From positions 19,840,001 to 19,904,000 of the forward strand of contig NC_043008.1 in NCBI RefSeq assembly GCF_006345805.1: a DNA stretch of 64,000 nucleotides, given 5' to 3'. The stretch is from Octopus sinensis. Taxonomy: Eukaryota. The notes below the pieces were generated by a model that did no database searches, was not told the origin of the DNA, and saw only the letters and a list, made by a program, of their open reading frames with translations. The translations under genes and the position numbers were made by a program. Below are positions 27,570-41,757 of the stretch, in pieces (position 1 is the first letter of the stretch; every line of letters starts with the position of its first letter).

Positions 27570-27882
27570 ATTTATTTTTATTTTAATTGTTTCAGTTATT
27601 TGACTGTAGCCGTGCTGGAGCACCGCCTTTCGTCGGAGAAATCGACATTCTCTGTAAGCCTGGTACTTATTCTAGCGGATATTTTTGACGAACTGCTAAA
27701 TTACGGTGACGTAAACACACCACCATATAAACGACGGGATTCTTGCTCTTTCTGTCTACCAAATCCACTCACAATGCTTCGGTAGGTCCGAGTCTAAAGT
27801 AGAATATACTTGCCCATGGTACCATGCGGTGGGAGACAACCCGGATCCATGTAACTGGGAAACAAGCTTCTTACCACACAGT
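27570..27882 (-). mobile_element. SINE family B, degenerate
   Basis: Reverse complement of the tail (gtttcagttatttgactgtagccgtgctggagcaccgcc) and of the core (ccaaatccactcacaa). Confidence 0.8.
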
Positions 27883-28015
27883 GATTTTACCGTAAAATAT
27901 CAGAGATCTACGCAAATTGAGAATCAGCGGTGGAAATATTTAGTTACTAGCAGAAAACAACCGTTCTGGAATTTGTTAAATTAATATTTTTAATTAAAGG
28001 TAATTTTACAAAGGT

Positions 28016-28310
28016 AGGCGCAGGAGTGGCTGTGTGGTAATTAGCTTGCTTACCAACCACATGGTTCCGGATTTAGTCCAACTGGGTGGCACCTTGGGCA
28101 AGTGTCTTCTACTATAGCCTCGAGCCGACCAAAGCCTTGTCAGTGGATTCGGTAGATGGAAACTGAAAGAAGCTCGTCGTATATATGTATATGTATATAT
28201 ATGTGTGTGTGCTTGACAACCGATGCTGGTGTGTTTACATTCCCGTAACTTAGCGGTTCGGCAAAACAGACCGATAGAATAAGTACTAGGCTCACAAAGA
28301 ATAAATCCAC
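28016..28310 (+). mobile_element. SINE family B, 3'-truncated
   Basis: ggcgcaggagtggctgtgtgg...gaccgatagaataagtactaggctcacaaagaataa. Confidence 0.9.
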
Positions 28311-28400
28311 AGAATAAGAAAATGTATGGAGTTGAGTGTATAAGCCACACACACATGTACGAATGGATATATATATATATATGCATATTTATATATATAT

Positions 28401-28770
28401 AGGCGCAGTCCCACTGCGTGGCACCTTCAGTAGGTGTCTTCTACTATAGCATCTGGCCGACCAAAGCCTTGTGAATGGATTTGGTGGACGGAAACTGAAA
28501 GAAGCCCGTCGTATATTTGTATATATATATATATGTGTGTGTGTATGTTTGTGTGTCTGTGTTTGTCCCCCTAGCATTGCTTGACAACCGATGCTGGTGT
28601 GTTTATGTCCCCGTTACTTAGCGGTTGGGCAAAAAGTGACCGATAGAATAAGTACTGGGCTTACAAAAACAATAAGTCCCGGGGTCGAGTTGCTCGATTA
28701 AAGGCGGTGCTCCAGCATGGCCGCAGTCAAATGACTGAAACAAGTGAAAGAGTAAAAGTGTAAAAGAATA
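28401..28770 (+). mobile_element. SINE family B with deletion in the head
   Basis: aggcgcagtcccactgcgtgg...aaggcggtgctccagcatggccgcagtcaaatgactgaaac. Confidence 0.9.
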
Positions 28771-29360
28771 TATATATATATTATATATATATATATATAT
28801 ATGTTACATGTTCGTTTGTGATATGTGATAATCATAATAATTGCACGAAATGATTCCTAAAAACGAAAGCACGAATCCGTTTTCCCTGTATGCGTGTTCA
28901 TACACGTATATACATGCATGCAAATAGACACACAAGCATATATACGTGTGTAGGGAGGTATTCGCACCTGAACGCATGTATGAATGTACGCATACATGTA
29001 TGCATATATGTACGTGTGTGTGTGTGTGTTGATGTACATTTATGTTGAAGAATCGTGGAATATAGCAATATATATATTACCAAAGTTAAATGAGCAGAAT
29101 AACTGAAAACTTTTCACATTGTATCATCGTGATTGTTAGGACAACTAATTAGACTTCACTGACGTACTTGAAGTGGATTAAGTACGAATGAAATGTCAAC
29201 CAGATTGCACAGTTCACAAATTCGTTGATATCTCTTCGTCATTAATGACTATTCTTCATATAACGCAGTTGTGTCAATAGGTTCATTAATAGTGCACTGC
29301 TTAATAACTGGCGTCAAATCTCAGCCTAGTTCAAAGAAGTTTTTCATACACATATCTATT

Positions 29361-29580
29361 TCTTTACTACCCACAAGGGGCTAAACACAGAGGAGACAAA
29401 CAAGGACAGACAAACGGATTAAGTCGATTACATCGACCCCAGTGTGTAACTTATTTATCGACCCCGGAAGGATGAAAGGCAGAGTCGACCTCGGCGGAAT
29501 TTGAACTCGGAACGTAACGGCAGACGAAATACTGCTAAGCATTTCGCCCGGCGTGCTAACGTTTCTGCCAGCTCGCCGCT
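29361..29580 (-). mobile_element. SINE family A with 21-bp target-site duplication
   Basis: tttttcatacacatatctatt at 29340-29360 and 29581-29601 flanks a near-consensus copy. Confidence 0.95.
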
Positions 29581-29912
29581 TTTTTCATACACATATCTAT
29601 TAGTAGCATGGGGGCATATACTAATAGTATGCGCTTAGCTACGAGTAAAGGATTTTCAGCGTTCTCTACTTGTAACCCACTCGAGTTTTATGCGTTCAAG
29701 TAAATAATTTCCTCTTAGCTATTTTTCTGTGTCTCTCTCACGTTCTTAGTTTCATGTTCACGTCGGGTCTTCAAAATTATGACCTAAATAAACTTGGTAT
29801 AAATCATTTTCATCGCGATTGAAGTCGAACAACTTCATATTCATACTTAGGTTTCTATTGTAAGGCCTTTAGTTACTTGAGTCACGTGGAAGCTATTGAA
29901 TCAGACTTTAAA

Positions 29913-30162
29913 TGTATCTTTTCCTTTTGAACGGCGGTTTTCAACACAATTTCTAGTTAACTATTTTAGCTCAGTAGAGGCGACTGATTGGTTAAAATTC
30001 GAAAAATTAAACTACGTTAAACTTACAAATTACAATTTTCTCAAGAAAGCCAAGAGAAAAAAAATGTTTTATTTTGACACATTCTACCACTATACGAAGT
30101 TTAAAAGTGTTTAGTTAACTAGAAATTGTGTTGAAAACTGCCGTTCAAAAGGAAAAGATCCC
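29913..30162. mobile_element. MITE with ~48-bp terminal inverted repeats
   Basis: atcttttccttttgaacggcggttttcaacacaatttctagttaacta vs tagttaactagaaattgtgttgaaaactgccgttcaaaaggaaaagat. Confidence 0.85.
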
Positions 30163-31074
30163 TTTGAATCCCAACATTATAACCGAGTAGAATACTATGT
30201 TTTGTGTATAAAATTTACATTGAGTAAATATGTTACCATCAATAGATATGATATGCGTAAGCTTTAAGACATTTGTTCTTTGAATAGAGAACCGCTCGTA
30301 TTCACTTGTAGAACGTAGATAGGCGGTTATTATTTAATGTACTCAAAACATAATAAAGTATAAGTGTATATGCTTCATAAAACCTCTTACATTTAACTAG
30401 TTATATTCTTCATATATATACTACATTTATACGTACACATGCGAATACACACAAACACACACACACATCTGTATATACAGGGGATATAAAGTGTATGTCC
30501 AGCACTTTGTTAATATTTGAATAGCAACGTAAAAGTTACAGTCGCTGTCTTCGTATATTTCTCTGTGCGTGTGTTTTCCGTTACCTGCTCATGCGAAACT
30601 CGCCGAGGTTTATATATTTTTGCCTCACTGCCCTTCACAAAATCTTTCTGAAATCAATCGTATTGTAACCGAATTAATGGTATAAATATGAAGGCTAATA
30701 CGAAATATATGAGTCAAAGCGCATTTCAAAGTTCAACAAAACGATTAAATAGAATTTAATGTCGCAGAATTCGCATAAAATAAATTTTGCATTAGGAATC
30801 CAGTAAGCAATAACAAATATTAACTGAGGTAACGTTACCTCATCAATCCTCGTTCAATATTTTGACTGACGGTTAATAAATTACTTTAATGATGCATCAA
30901 ATCTCATAGATTTAATTTATGGGGAGTCAAGTTAAAATTATTGTGTGTGAAGAATTCTTTATTTGGATACTATCAAAAATTTGCAGTAATTCTGAAAAGA
31001 ACACTACCAATAAAATTAGTTTGGCAGAGCGAAAATTGCACTTTCTGTGGTTCATTTATTATTAAATACATACA

Positions 31075-31460
31075 ACGAGTGGTGGTGTCGGAAGAAGTTT
31101 GCTTTCCAGCCACGTTGTTCCGGGTTCAGTCCAACTGCATGGCACCTTGGGTAAATATCTTCTATTATAGCCGCGGGTCGACCGAAGCCTTGTGAGTGCA
31201 TTTGTTAGAATTTGAAAGAAGCTCATCGTTTATATATGTGTATATACATCTACGTGTATATGTCTGTGTTTGTCTCTCGTCACCACTTGAAAATCGGTGG
31301 TGGTGTGTTTACGTCACCGTAAGTAACGGTTCGGCAAAACAGACCGATAGAATAAGTATTAAGCTTTAAAAATAAGTACTGGGGTTGATTCTTTCGATTA
31401 AAATTCAAGGCGGTGCCCCAGCATGGCCGCAATCTAATGACTGAAACCGGTAAAAGATAT
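31075..31460 (+). mobile_element. SINE family B
   Basis: Head, core and tail aaggcggtgccccagcatggccgcaatctaatgactgaaac. Confidence 0.88.
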
Positions 31461-32218
31461 AAATACATGTATATAGCGTGATATTGAGCGGGAGTTAGAA
31501 TCTTCCTTAATACACGCTTAAATAATATCACTTCACACAAAATTGCTTTTGAATAACACACATATATATATATGAGGCAGACGTTTGTTTTTCACCAACG
31601 AATTATGAAACATATATACATACAAATATAAAAGAGAATTTTCAAGGAATGCCTTTGGCTATTCAGGACAGAATATCAATATAATGTTTTATACTTCTCT
31701 ATAATCTGCACTTTTATATTTTATTCTATTTAATACTTGGCTATTATGAAAGGAAGGATCCTCGCTTTATCGTCTTCGAATACCTTTTATAAATGACTGC
31801 AAATGAAAAGAATTCATCGGGCATGGAAGATTTCTCAAATCTTATACATATATATATATCTGTTCAAATAAGATTTGAACTTTGTGATCTATAGCAATAC
31901 ACAAGTGAGAAAGGCATTCCTCAATGTTAGTCTGTATCTGATATGAAAAAGCTACATTTTTGCATTAATAACACTGACTTCAGGATATTGCAAAGTAGTG
32001 AACGGACTGTTCAGTACCTTGTGATACTTACGTGTCAGGGACAGGCTATTAGATAAAGAGAGAAAGAAAATGTTGTGAAGGAAGCCAATATTGTTCTATA
32101 AATTCAAAAGACTACTTTGTAATACATATTATATATATACACACATACATAAATACACACACACATACATAAATACACACACACATACATAAATACACAC
32201 ACACACACACATATATGT

Positions 32219-32500
32219 GGAGGCGCAATGGCCCAGTGGTTAGGGCAACGGACTCACGGTTGTAGGATCGCGGTTTTGATTCCCAGAGCGGGCGTTGTGA
32301 GTGTTTATCGAGCGAAAATACGAGGCTCTGGCAGGGGGGGGGGCGATGCCTGCTGTACTCTTTCGCCACAACTTTCTCTCACTCTTTCTTCTGGTAGCCA
32401 GCGGGGTAGCGTCATTTGAAGGCTAAAGCAATGCGGAACGCATTGTGACCAGCGATGTGTAGCGACATCTGATAGCATGGTCGGTGACGGTGACGGTGAT
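32219..32500 (+). mobile_element. tRNA-derived SINE, family D
   Basis: tRNA-like head ggcgcaatggcccagtggttagg...ggttttgattccc; ends in a short (GTGACG)n tail. Confidence 0.75.
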
Positions 32501-35500
32501 ATATATATATATATATATATGTATAAAAAGTTTAACTCGATAATCGCGTGGTCTTCTCAATATGGAAGAAGTTTTTCACCTGTCCACTAAATAGCTGCGA
32601 AATGCAACGCAACTGAGAATTCTACAAAACGTTCTATTGAGTGAGGTTCACCTTCCACATTTGAAATATATACATACATACATACATATACAAAGACATA
32701 CTATCAGACACATGGACACAAACACCAGTTCAGTACTTGGTTCGAGGTAAATCAGAAATGTCTTTTGGAATTTTAGACAAAAATTAATTTGCAGGTTGTA
32801 GAATCAAACACGAAATGATGTCTATATAGATTGTCTTTTCTTTTGGTAGAATGAACCAACATATATCTATCGAGGGAATTGTTAAGCAATTTAGATAATA
32901 TAAGATTTGTTCCGATATGAAAAGCCACTGAGTGTGTGTAACACCATAACATTGGTACTGGCACCACATCAAATCAATTTAATCAGGATTCAACAGAAAA
33001 TGCGAACCAGAGCGCGAATTCACCTGGAGCATATAACTTTACCAAGTGTCTCCTTATTCTTTACATTGCTAAATCGACGGGTTCACAATGTAATTATTCT
33101 AAACGGCATTAAGACTATATTATAACCATTAAATGTGTGATGTTTATAATTACAAGTAATTAACTCACACGTATGCAATCACATTAGCGCAAAATTAATT
33201 TCCAAATGTATTATATATGCTAGCAGAATCAGTGTCCTATGGACTGTTTTCAGCTGCTCGCTAAATATTCAATCATTTGATTCCTAATTTAAGTAAGGTT
33301 CTGGATGTTACATGTAATTTTCCATTTCTCTTTGATTTGTCTAATAGTACACCACTCGCTCAGTCAAGATTTCTTTCGTTACTTTATTGTAACCTTAAAT
33401 CGTTATCTTTTAAACACACAGGAATTATTTTCGCGTACATGGTCATTTAGTTTGCTAGAAATAGCAAGGATATTCAGAGAATATTCTATGACATATAGCA
33501 TTTCAAAGAGTCAGCATACGAAAAGATCTACGACTTTTTTCACATTATTCTGTTATACTCTCTTTTACTCTTTTACTTTTTTCAGTCATTTGACTGTGGC
33601 CATGCCTTATTATGTAACACACTCACCGGTAAAATTTCCACTGTTTTCTTATTTTTATTGTCCTAAAATTTTCGTTGCGTCTTACAAACTTTTTGAATGG
33701 TTTTGAGGTTTGAGGTTTTATTTAAAACTAGGGCATTAGGTTTATCGTTAAAGATGCCCAAGCATATATTTTAGGATAGGGCTCAATCAATAATGACATC
33801 AGTTACATCGTTATCGGCTCATCTTAGAATGGGTTTACTTTCGTCTTTTAGCTTTTGAAAACCCGTTCACTTTTTATGGCATAGATGTATTTTGATAACG
33901 TATTGTTCATTTTTTGTAATAAGGTTTTAATTAGATGTTGAATTTATGCAACTTGAGTTTTGTATTCTAACATTTGCGGGTGTGAATGTTTCTTTAAAAT
34001 CAATTAGGTAGAATTCCCTTGATTGTGTAAGAAGGTGATATTTTGTTAGTCTTAATCGTTGACTGAATTCTAATAAAGTATTCCGAACATAGTTTGTGTT
34101 GTTGCTGGTGTTCTGGATTTTAAGTATTTTTCATAGAAAACTCTCTATTGTTTTTGCTAATTATTCCGCTAATGAATTATAAATGTGAATACCCTCCATA
34201 TCTGTGTTCTTTCAATCGTAAATTGTTTTAGTTGCATAAAATCTAATTACGTTGTTTTAAGAATTGTTTTTTTCTTTGCAAAGAGAGGATTGTTCTTATT
34301 ATCGAAATAACTGTGATGACATTCTTTTCTCTATTGTCTGAGGTGACAAAGTAGCGTATTGGTCTTTTCCCAATTGTTGAACATCTGTTGTCTTTGTTTC
34401 TCTGTTCCAAATCTTGTTGCTTTCACCCGTTGTTTTAGTTCACTAGTGCAATATGTAGAGGAAATTTTCTGAAAATGTTATTCATAAAATATAATAAACG
34501 TTGCATAAGATATAATTACCCGCGCATTTAAACACTTCTATAATAAAAAAAAATAGAAACGTTACAAAACATGACATTTTTGTTCAAATAATCATCAGTG
34601 ATCTGCAAAAACAGGCGGAATCTCTGCAGATGCCAAACAAATTTAGATATTCTGAAAAATAGAGACGATGTAAGAATACTGTCCACAACCATAGGGGAAC
34701 TAAATTTCTTCACTATATAAAGTGATTTGCCGTTATATACCGAAATTGTTGACTCTTAAATACGGGAACCATTTAAGTAATCATTTATAAACATTGTTGA
34801 AACAAATGACCTTCAACCCCTGTCAAGCTTAAAAGCATTAATTTAACGAGGTATAAGTAGTAGCTACATTTTCAAATTCTGCGACTGAAAATCTTCCCGA
34901 TCAAGGTTGATTTGCATCATGCCTGATAGAAAACTAATTTTAAATATATTCGTTCTACAACCTTCACCTTATATTTTCTTTAATCTTCTATGTATTCCAG
35001 CTGAGTATTATGTATAAAGACTACTCACCTCAAATTACTAAAAAGATGTTCAGAATATATACTTGATTCATAAATTAAGCGAGACAAAATGGAAAAGAAA
35101 TGAATTCAATATCAAGAATTAAGCAAAATATAATCGCAAAATTGCTAACATAGCATTTATAATACGAAAATTTGAGGTGGAATTTATTGTTGTAAAACCA
35201 CTGCCAAATGTATAAATATCAATTATATCTGTGTAAAAAACAAGAACAATTTGAACGAGTCCGTTGGTGGAGTTAAAATACACTTTTCGAAGGGAACCAT
35301 GTCAAAGATATTTGTATATTAAAATATATATAAGTTGCAACACAGTTCAATCGACGTAAACGTCCCGCATAAAATTGCTGGACTTTTGCCCGAATTCGAA
35401 CACGATATTTTTTATCTGACAGTATAACACTACACATTTCTTTGTCACTTGTCCCACGCCTTAGATGAACCTACATTGTTTTATATGGTTAGCGAAAAAA

Positions 35501-35799
35501 AAGAACATGAGAATTAAATAAAGAAAGATTCTTTTGTCTACGTACATATACGAGTCCTCTCATCACCCACCTTATTCTACTTCATAGAAAATAAATGTAA
35601 TTTTTTTCATTGTGGGCGTTACAATGCCAAGGGGTTATATTTTTATAATGAAATGTATTGGAAAAGATTGTTGTTTTCCTAAAATTATAATTCCAAATTC
35701 ACTTGTGAGTTTTTTAATTTTCATTTTTCTTCCCTTGAATTTTACAAATTCAAATAATCAACAATATTATCACACCTGTGCCCACATTTTTCCTGGTGG

Positions 35800-35831
<32 letters not shown>

Positions 35832-36171
35832 TGTATGTATGTATGTATGTATGTATGTGTCATACGTTTTATATGTGTGTGTATGTCTGCGTGTGTCTGT
35901 GCGTATGTGTATGTGTGCGTGTGTGTGTGTGTGCGTATGTGTGTGAATGTACTTAATGCGTATATGTGTTGGAACGCACACAGCTAACATTTTTCTTGCG
36001 TTTTCTATAGCATTTCCGCATCCTCATCGAGCACTTTTTGCAGATAAATTTGCGTCTCGTAGTACGTCAATGCATTTCGCCACCACAAATTCATTTATGC
36101 ACCATTTTAATTATTTAGTTTGCCCAAATTTTAAGTGTCTTTTCCCACTACTCATCTACATATATTTTTGA

Positions 36172-36402
36172 AAGGCGGCGAGCTGGTAGAAATGTTAGCA
36201 CGCCGGGCGAAATTCGTAGCCATATTTCGTCTGTCGTTACGTTCCGAGTTCAAATTCCGCCGAGGTCGACTTTGCCTTTCATCCTTTCGGGGTCGATAAA
36301 TTAAGTACCAGTTACGCACTGGAGTCGATGTAGTCGATTTAATCCCTTTGTCTGTCCTTGTTTATCCCCTCTGTGTTTAGCCCCTTGTGGGTAGTAAAGA
36401 AA
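36172..36402 (+). mobile_element. SINE family A with target-site duplication
   Basis: atatatttttgaa before and after a near-consensus copy. Confidence 0.93.
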
Positions 36403-36632
36403 TATATATTTTTGAATAACCAGTTTTATTCTCCTTTCAATGCTAGCACACACAAACACACATACACACACACACACATGCCCACACACATACACACACA
36501 CACGTGTGTGTGTGTGTGTATAATGGCATGTGGATATTGGGTTTATAAACACTATTGAAAAAAAATTCGAGGGCAAACTTCGAAGTTTTGATATCCACAT
36601 GGGATATTCACACGCAACTATATACAACGTTA

Positions 36633-37055
36633 GAATATTTTCGGTTTGAAAGGCAGTTTTTAACATAATTTCTAGGTAACTAAAAAATTTAAAACTTCGT
36701 ATACTGGTAGAACGTGTTTATAAAACATCATTTTCTCTTGGCTTTATTGAGAAAATTGTATAATTTGTAAGATATTTGTTGTTTTTTTTTTCAATTTCTG
36801 CAATTTCAACCAATCAAATACGTCTATTGAGGTAAGCAACATTCTGTGCCGTATGAATATGTCCCTCGTTTAAGAAACAGATTGGGTTTATTTACATTTC
36901 TGAAGAAAAAAAGATGCCCTTCCCCCACCCCTAACCCCCACCCCAAACCTAAAAGAGATTGAAATGCAATAGATTGTTTCTAAGGTCATAATTATGGGTG
37001 ACTATTTCTTATGACACCGCTAGAAAAAAACTGCCGTTCAAACCGAAAAGATCCC
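36633..37055. mobile_element. MITE, longer member of the 29.9-kb family
   Basis: TIRs gaatattttcggtttgaaaggcagttttt and aaaaactgccgttcaaaccgaaaagatccc; interior aligns with the reverse complement of 29960-30160. Confidence 0.8.
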
Positions 37056-37490
37056 GTTATGTTTATGCTTCGAGTATTAGATCAAGATCTCTCTACATAA
37101 TATAAATCCTTGACCTCAACAATGTCTATATTGGTAAAATAAGCATCACAGAGAATTAGTCACATAGAAGAACTCGGAGATTTTTCAAGCTCTTCTAAAT
37201 ACATTGTAATAATAGAAAACCTTTCTTATCGTCAGAAGATATCTCAGAGTTTACGATTGCGTTGGTCCTTAGCCCGTACGCCTCACCTGAGTTGGGCAGC
37301 GAGGACTAAAATCATCTTCATCTAAGAAAGGGCCCTACTTGCCTCTTCTTATCAATCATATTGGATTTGATCAAATTTCAGGGAGATCAAGTGCCATGTT
37401 TGATATATTCATATACACACATATATATACTCATACATATGCATATATACATATAAATACATACATAGATATATATACATATATATTCAT

Positions 37491-37541
<51 letters not shown>

Positions 37542-37799
37542 ATATATATATATGCATAAGCAATTGTGACGATCGGCTTTAATATACTTGGGACATAATT
37601 GATCTGTTAAACTTTCATTTTAAATGCAATTTGGGAGCAAAAGATTCTTCATTTAATTAAAAGATAAAGAATACCAAATTTAATTTGGAGTATTCACTAT
37701 GAGCTAATAGTTTATCGCACTCTAGAAACCATGTTCAGCTCTCTCTATTACCGTCAGTATTAGATATCAAACGGGAAAACTCCACAGTGACTCGAAGTT

Positions 37800-38470
37800 T
37801 TTGCTTTATTATAAAAAATCTGTAGAAACGAAAGAGTAGAAACCTGTGTGGCTGCCTCTCCTGTATGAACGCTTGATGAAGTGTAATTTTTAAACAAGAA
37901 CATTATACGTCAATACATGCATTCACATACACATTTATCTACTGAACGCTTGTGCTGGACTGTTTTTCTGAACGCGCTCCTTTAAGATACTGAAGTTTTC
38001 TGATCTGTGAAACTCTCTCTATAATGTATAGATCAGATCCGGCTATTGACCGACTGTTTCGTAAATATCACTCGGCGGCTTTCCTTTGGCCTGCATGGGA
38101 ATTCAGCTTTCTGTGTCTGGATTTTCATCGCATGCCGTGTTTTACATGATTTAAATCAATGAATCAAGAACAACTGATATTTGAAAGTTAAGAATGAAAG
38201 GATAGGAGGTCCTGCTCTCTCTCTCAATGTACAGAGGTGTGTGAGAGCGTGGGGTACATTATCCCACTCTCTGGTCCATATCTCATTATGTATCTGTACG
38301 TTTCATAGTAACAGCTAGGATAGAACCGTTGCCATTGATACTTTGGATAATCCTCGATCCGAACTGTTTTCATATTTGTCCCATGTAGCTCTCCTTTCTA
38401 GTCAGCGTCGTCATTTCCATATTTTACACATTACCATGTAAGGCACGGTAGTATTTGTGTCATATCCTAA
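37800..38470 (-). mobile_element. Highly degenerate Penelope-like GIY-YIG and 3'-end relic
   Basis: Minus-strand translation GNV*NME...ESYMGQI*KQFGSRII resembles the GIY-YIG NVVY..C..C..YIGQT...R pattern; GAAACagtcgGTC downstream resembles the 3' half of a hammerhead. Confidence 0.4.
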
Positions 38471-39505
38471 GCATTATTCCCAATGCTTTGCACCCTCCTG
38501 GCTAATAAAGACATTCCAAATGTTACTCTCCTCATAATTATTATTGTTATTGTAAAGCCGTCGTAGTAGTAATAGTAGTATTAGTAATAAGCAGATGTAT
38601 TTGTAGATTTTTTTTTCTATTAAAATTCTGTCTTTAAGAGCTTTAGGCGCAGGAAAAAATACGACTTTTCTAAATTGCTGTATGGCATGCAAAGAAAATA
38701 TAATAAAAACTATTAAAGCAAAACAGGTATTAAAAGAATCTGCTTCCAATTTATTTCGAAATTTTCAATATTTGCTTTTTTTATAACTCTATCGAGTTAT
38801 ATTATGTATTTTGTAGTGCGGTACAGAAATGGACAGGTGCAACAGTGAGATAATGATTAAAAGAAAACGATTTTGTGGAGTAAAGTCTAATTACCCTACG
38901 ATTCTTCCTTTGTAAAATACATCGATTTCTATGTGTTATGGATGTTTCTTTAAACTGAAGTATTAACAAGATCTCACAAAAAACAGTCTTTTCTTTGCGC
39001 TCATTCATTGTTCTGTATAATACTACCATACATTTTGATGTCTTGTTAATTGCGTCCTCTTACTTGAACATTATTGTTCACTTTCAAAACGTCTTAAAAC
39101 CTTATTAGTATGCTGGAAAATAATCGCCGATGTTGGAAATGGAAGGCTTAATTCATAGGAAGCAACTAAATTGGATGTTCTTCTGTCCAAATATCCAATC
39201 TATTTCATCGAACGTAATTGTTAGCATTTAGTAATCTGCTCAACGTTAAACTTGCTGTTCTGTGTTGCTCAAATATAAGTATGAAATGAATGCAGTATAT
39301 AATTTCTTCCTGTATAACCAAAAGGAAGTTTCTGTCAGCGCCGAATTTGATAATACAAATTTTGTAATTATGTTTAATAAAAAAAACAACTACAAGATTG
39401 CACTATTTTAAAACCATTCAGTATATTGTGTAACTATAGAAAATTAACAGTATGAGGATATATATATGTGTGTATATATGCATGTATATATATATATATA
39501 TATAT

Positions 39506-39547
<42 letters not shown>

Positions 39548-39627
39548 AATCCAAACAAGAAAACAAAAAGACAACAACGCGAGGATGTGAAACAAATAAA
39601 GTATTATTGGACGCTCAGGAAAGAAGG

Positions 39628-39659
<32 letters not shown>

Positions 39660-40131
39660 AGGGAGAGAGAGAAAGAGAGAAAGAGAGAATATATTTACCT
39701 CATAGAGGGATTCTAGGGAATAATGGTTCGATACCTAGTAACAATAAATTGGTAACCTTTATTTCTTACAGCCGTTTCTATTAATATTCAATCCTGAAAT
39801 TACAAATTTGTAAATTAAATTTGCTTTAGTCTGCTATGAGACAATTTCGTTATAGAAAAGGGTATAGAATATGATGTTACATGCCGACCTTTCAGTTCAT
39901 ATCAGCAGGCTAAATGTGGGGAATTTTTATTTTGATATTATACTGTGCGGGTGAAGGGTTAACGGATTGATTACAAGATAAAGATGAATAAAGTAAAATA
40001 AAGAAAACTAGAAATTTAAGCAAGGTAAAAATAGAAATAAATGAAGAAAATTAAAATAAATGAGATAAATATACTGTGATTAAAAATAATAAAAAATATT
40101 CATTCATAAGATATAAATAAAGATTATAAAT

Positions 40132-40170
<39 letters not shown>

Positions 40171-40187
40171 CATACACACACACAGAT

Positions 40188-40274
<87 letters not shown>

Positions 40275-40421
40275 TATATATGGATCAATAAATGGTGGGG
40301 TTGTGTTGACCGCACGTGGAGAAATGATAAGTAAGGAAAAATTTTTTTAAAAATGCAGAATGCTCAAATGAAAGAAAATTTTAATAAAATGAGAAATTGA
40401 TAAAATATATAAATATATATT

Positions 40422-40462
40422 TATTCAACCGGTTTTCGTCATTGTATGACTTGTCAAGAATA
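40422..40462 (-). ncRNA. Putative minimal type I hammerhead ribozyme (U3-A8 core variant)
   Basis: tattc-TTGACAA-gtcat(aca)atgac-GAAA-accggtt-gaata: stem I, variant core, 5-bp stem II and palindromic stem III; one extra A after GAAA. Confidence 0.6.
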
Positions 40463-41716
40463 TTTATGTTTTAAAAAGTTTTTTTAAAAGTTAGAAAGGG
40501 GAAAAAAAGAAAATTGCATTGTTTTTTGTAAAAGAATAATGATAAAAATGTACAAAAATAAAAAAATAAGTTCTCCGATACATTGTGAGTTCGTTGTGTA
40601 TCTTGAGTTTTATGGTTGTTTACGAAAAAATTACCTTGAGGTGTTAAGATCCAAAGGGATTAAGAGCATGTGTTGTGTTGTTAAATTCAGCATGTTTGCA
40701 GGACAGGAAGTAGTAGTAATTGTGATCCTGGTTCTTCAGTTCCTGTGTTGTGAGTAAGGGGGACAACTCTTTTGAGTTCTTCAATAAAACCCAAATTATA
40801 AAATTATCATTTTAGCTTCATTTGCGTTATCTTTTTTATATAATTGCTTGTTAACTTAACTTTCAGATTTTAACACTTTATTTATATTATTTTCTAATTA
40901 TATAAATCTGCATAGACAATTGCATTTCAAATTGTCATATCATTTATAATAAAAATGATAGTAATAACAACAATAGTAAAAATGATATTTAAAGAATATA
41001 AGTTTTAGCTTGAAGTGCTGAATGCATGGTATCTTTATATATTTGTGTTAGTCCATCCATGAAGAGTGAGGTAGAGAAAGGAAGTTTGATCAACGAGGAG
41101 TTTGCATATTAAGTTGTGTTTGGAATTTTTCAATAAAGAGATTCTCCTTGTTAATTCTCTCCTGTGTGGTGATCCCGTCTTTACATTGGTAGAAGGGGAA
41201 TATATAGAATTTTGGGTTTAAGTCTTTAGCACATGAGTCTAAGTGGTCACTCAGTGGAATTTGTCGGTATTCCGGGAGATTTATTTGTTCTTTATGCACC
41301 GTTACTCGTTTACGTAACGGGAGACTCGTTTGTCTAACATAATTATGTTGGCAACCAGCGCATGTTAGAACGTAGATAAGGTTCTCGGAGGAACAGGAGA
41401 AGTTAGTCTTGATTTTAAACTTCGTACCTTGTTTGAAGGTAAATTCAGAGCCTTCAAGTAGAAAGGGGCAGGTACCACAGTTTGAGCGTGCACATTTTTT
41501 TACTGTTGGGGGTGGATGTGGTGTGTAAAGTTTGGCATTTGTCAAGAGTTTTTTCGTAAACAACCATAAAACGCAAGATACACAACGAACTCACAATGTA
41601 TCGGAGAACTTATTTTTTAATTTTTGTACGTTTTTATCATTATTCTTTTACAAAGAACAATGCAATTTTCTTTTTTTCCCCTTTCTAATTTTTAAAAAAA
41701 CTTTTTAAAACATAAA

Positions 41717-41757
41717 TATTCTTGACAAGTCATACAATGACGAAAACCGGTTGAATA
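41717..41757 (+). ncRNA. Second (inverted) copy of the putative hammerhead
   Basis: Identical motif in the inverted pLTR. Confidence 0.6.

Noticed and set aside
32140-32210. Three copies of a 20-bp unit (acacacatacataaatacac)
   Set aside because: A microsatellite-derived minisatellite with no evidence of function.
32219-32290. tRNA-like sequence
   Set aside because: It continues into a SINE body with a repeat tail and lacks a complete acceptor stem; a SINE head, not a tRNA gene.
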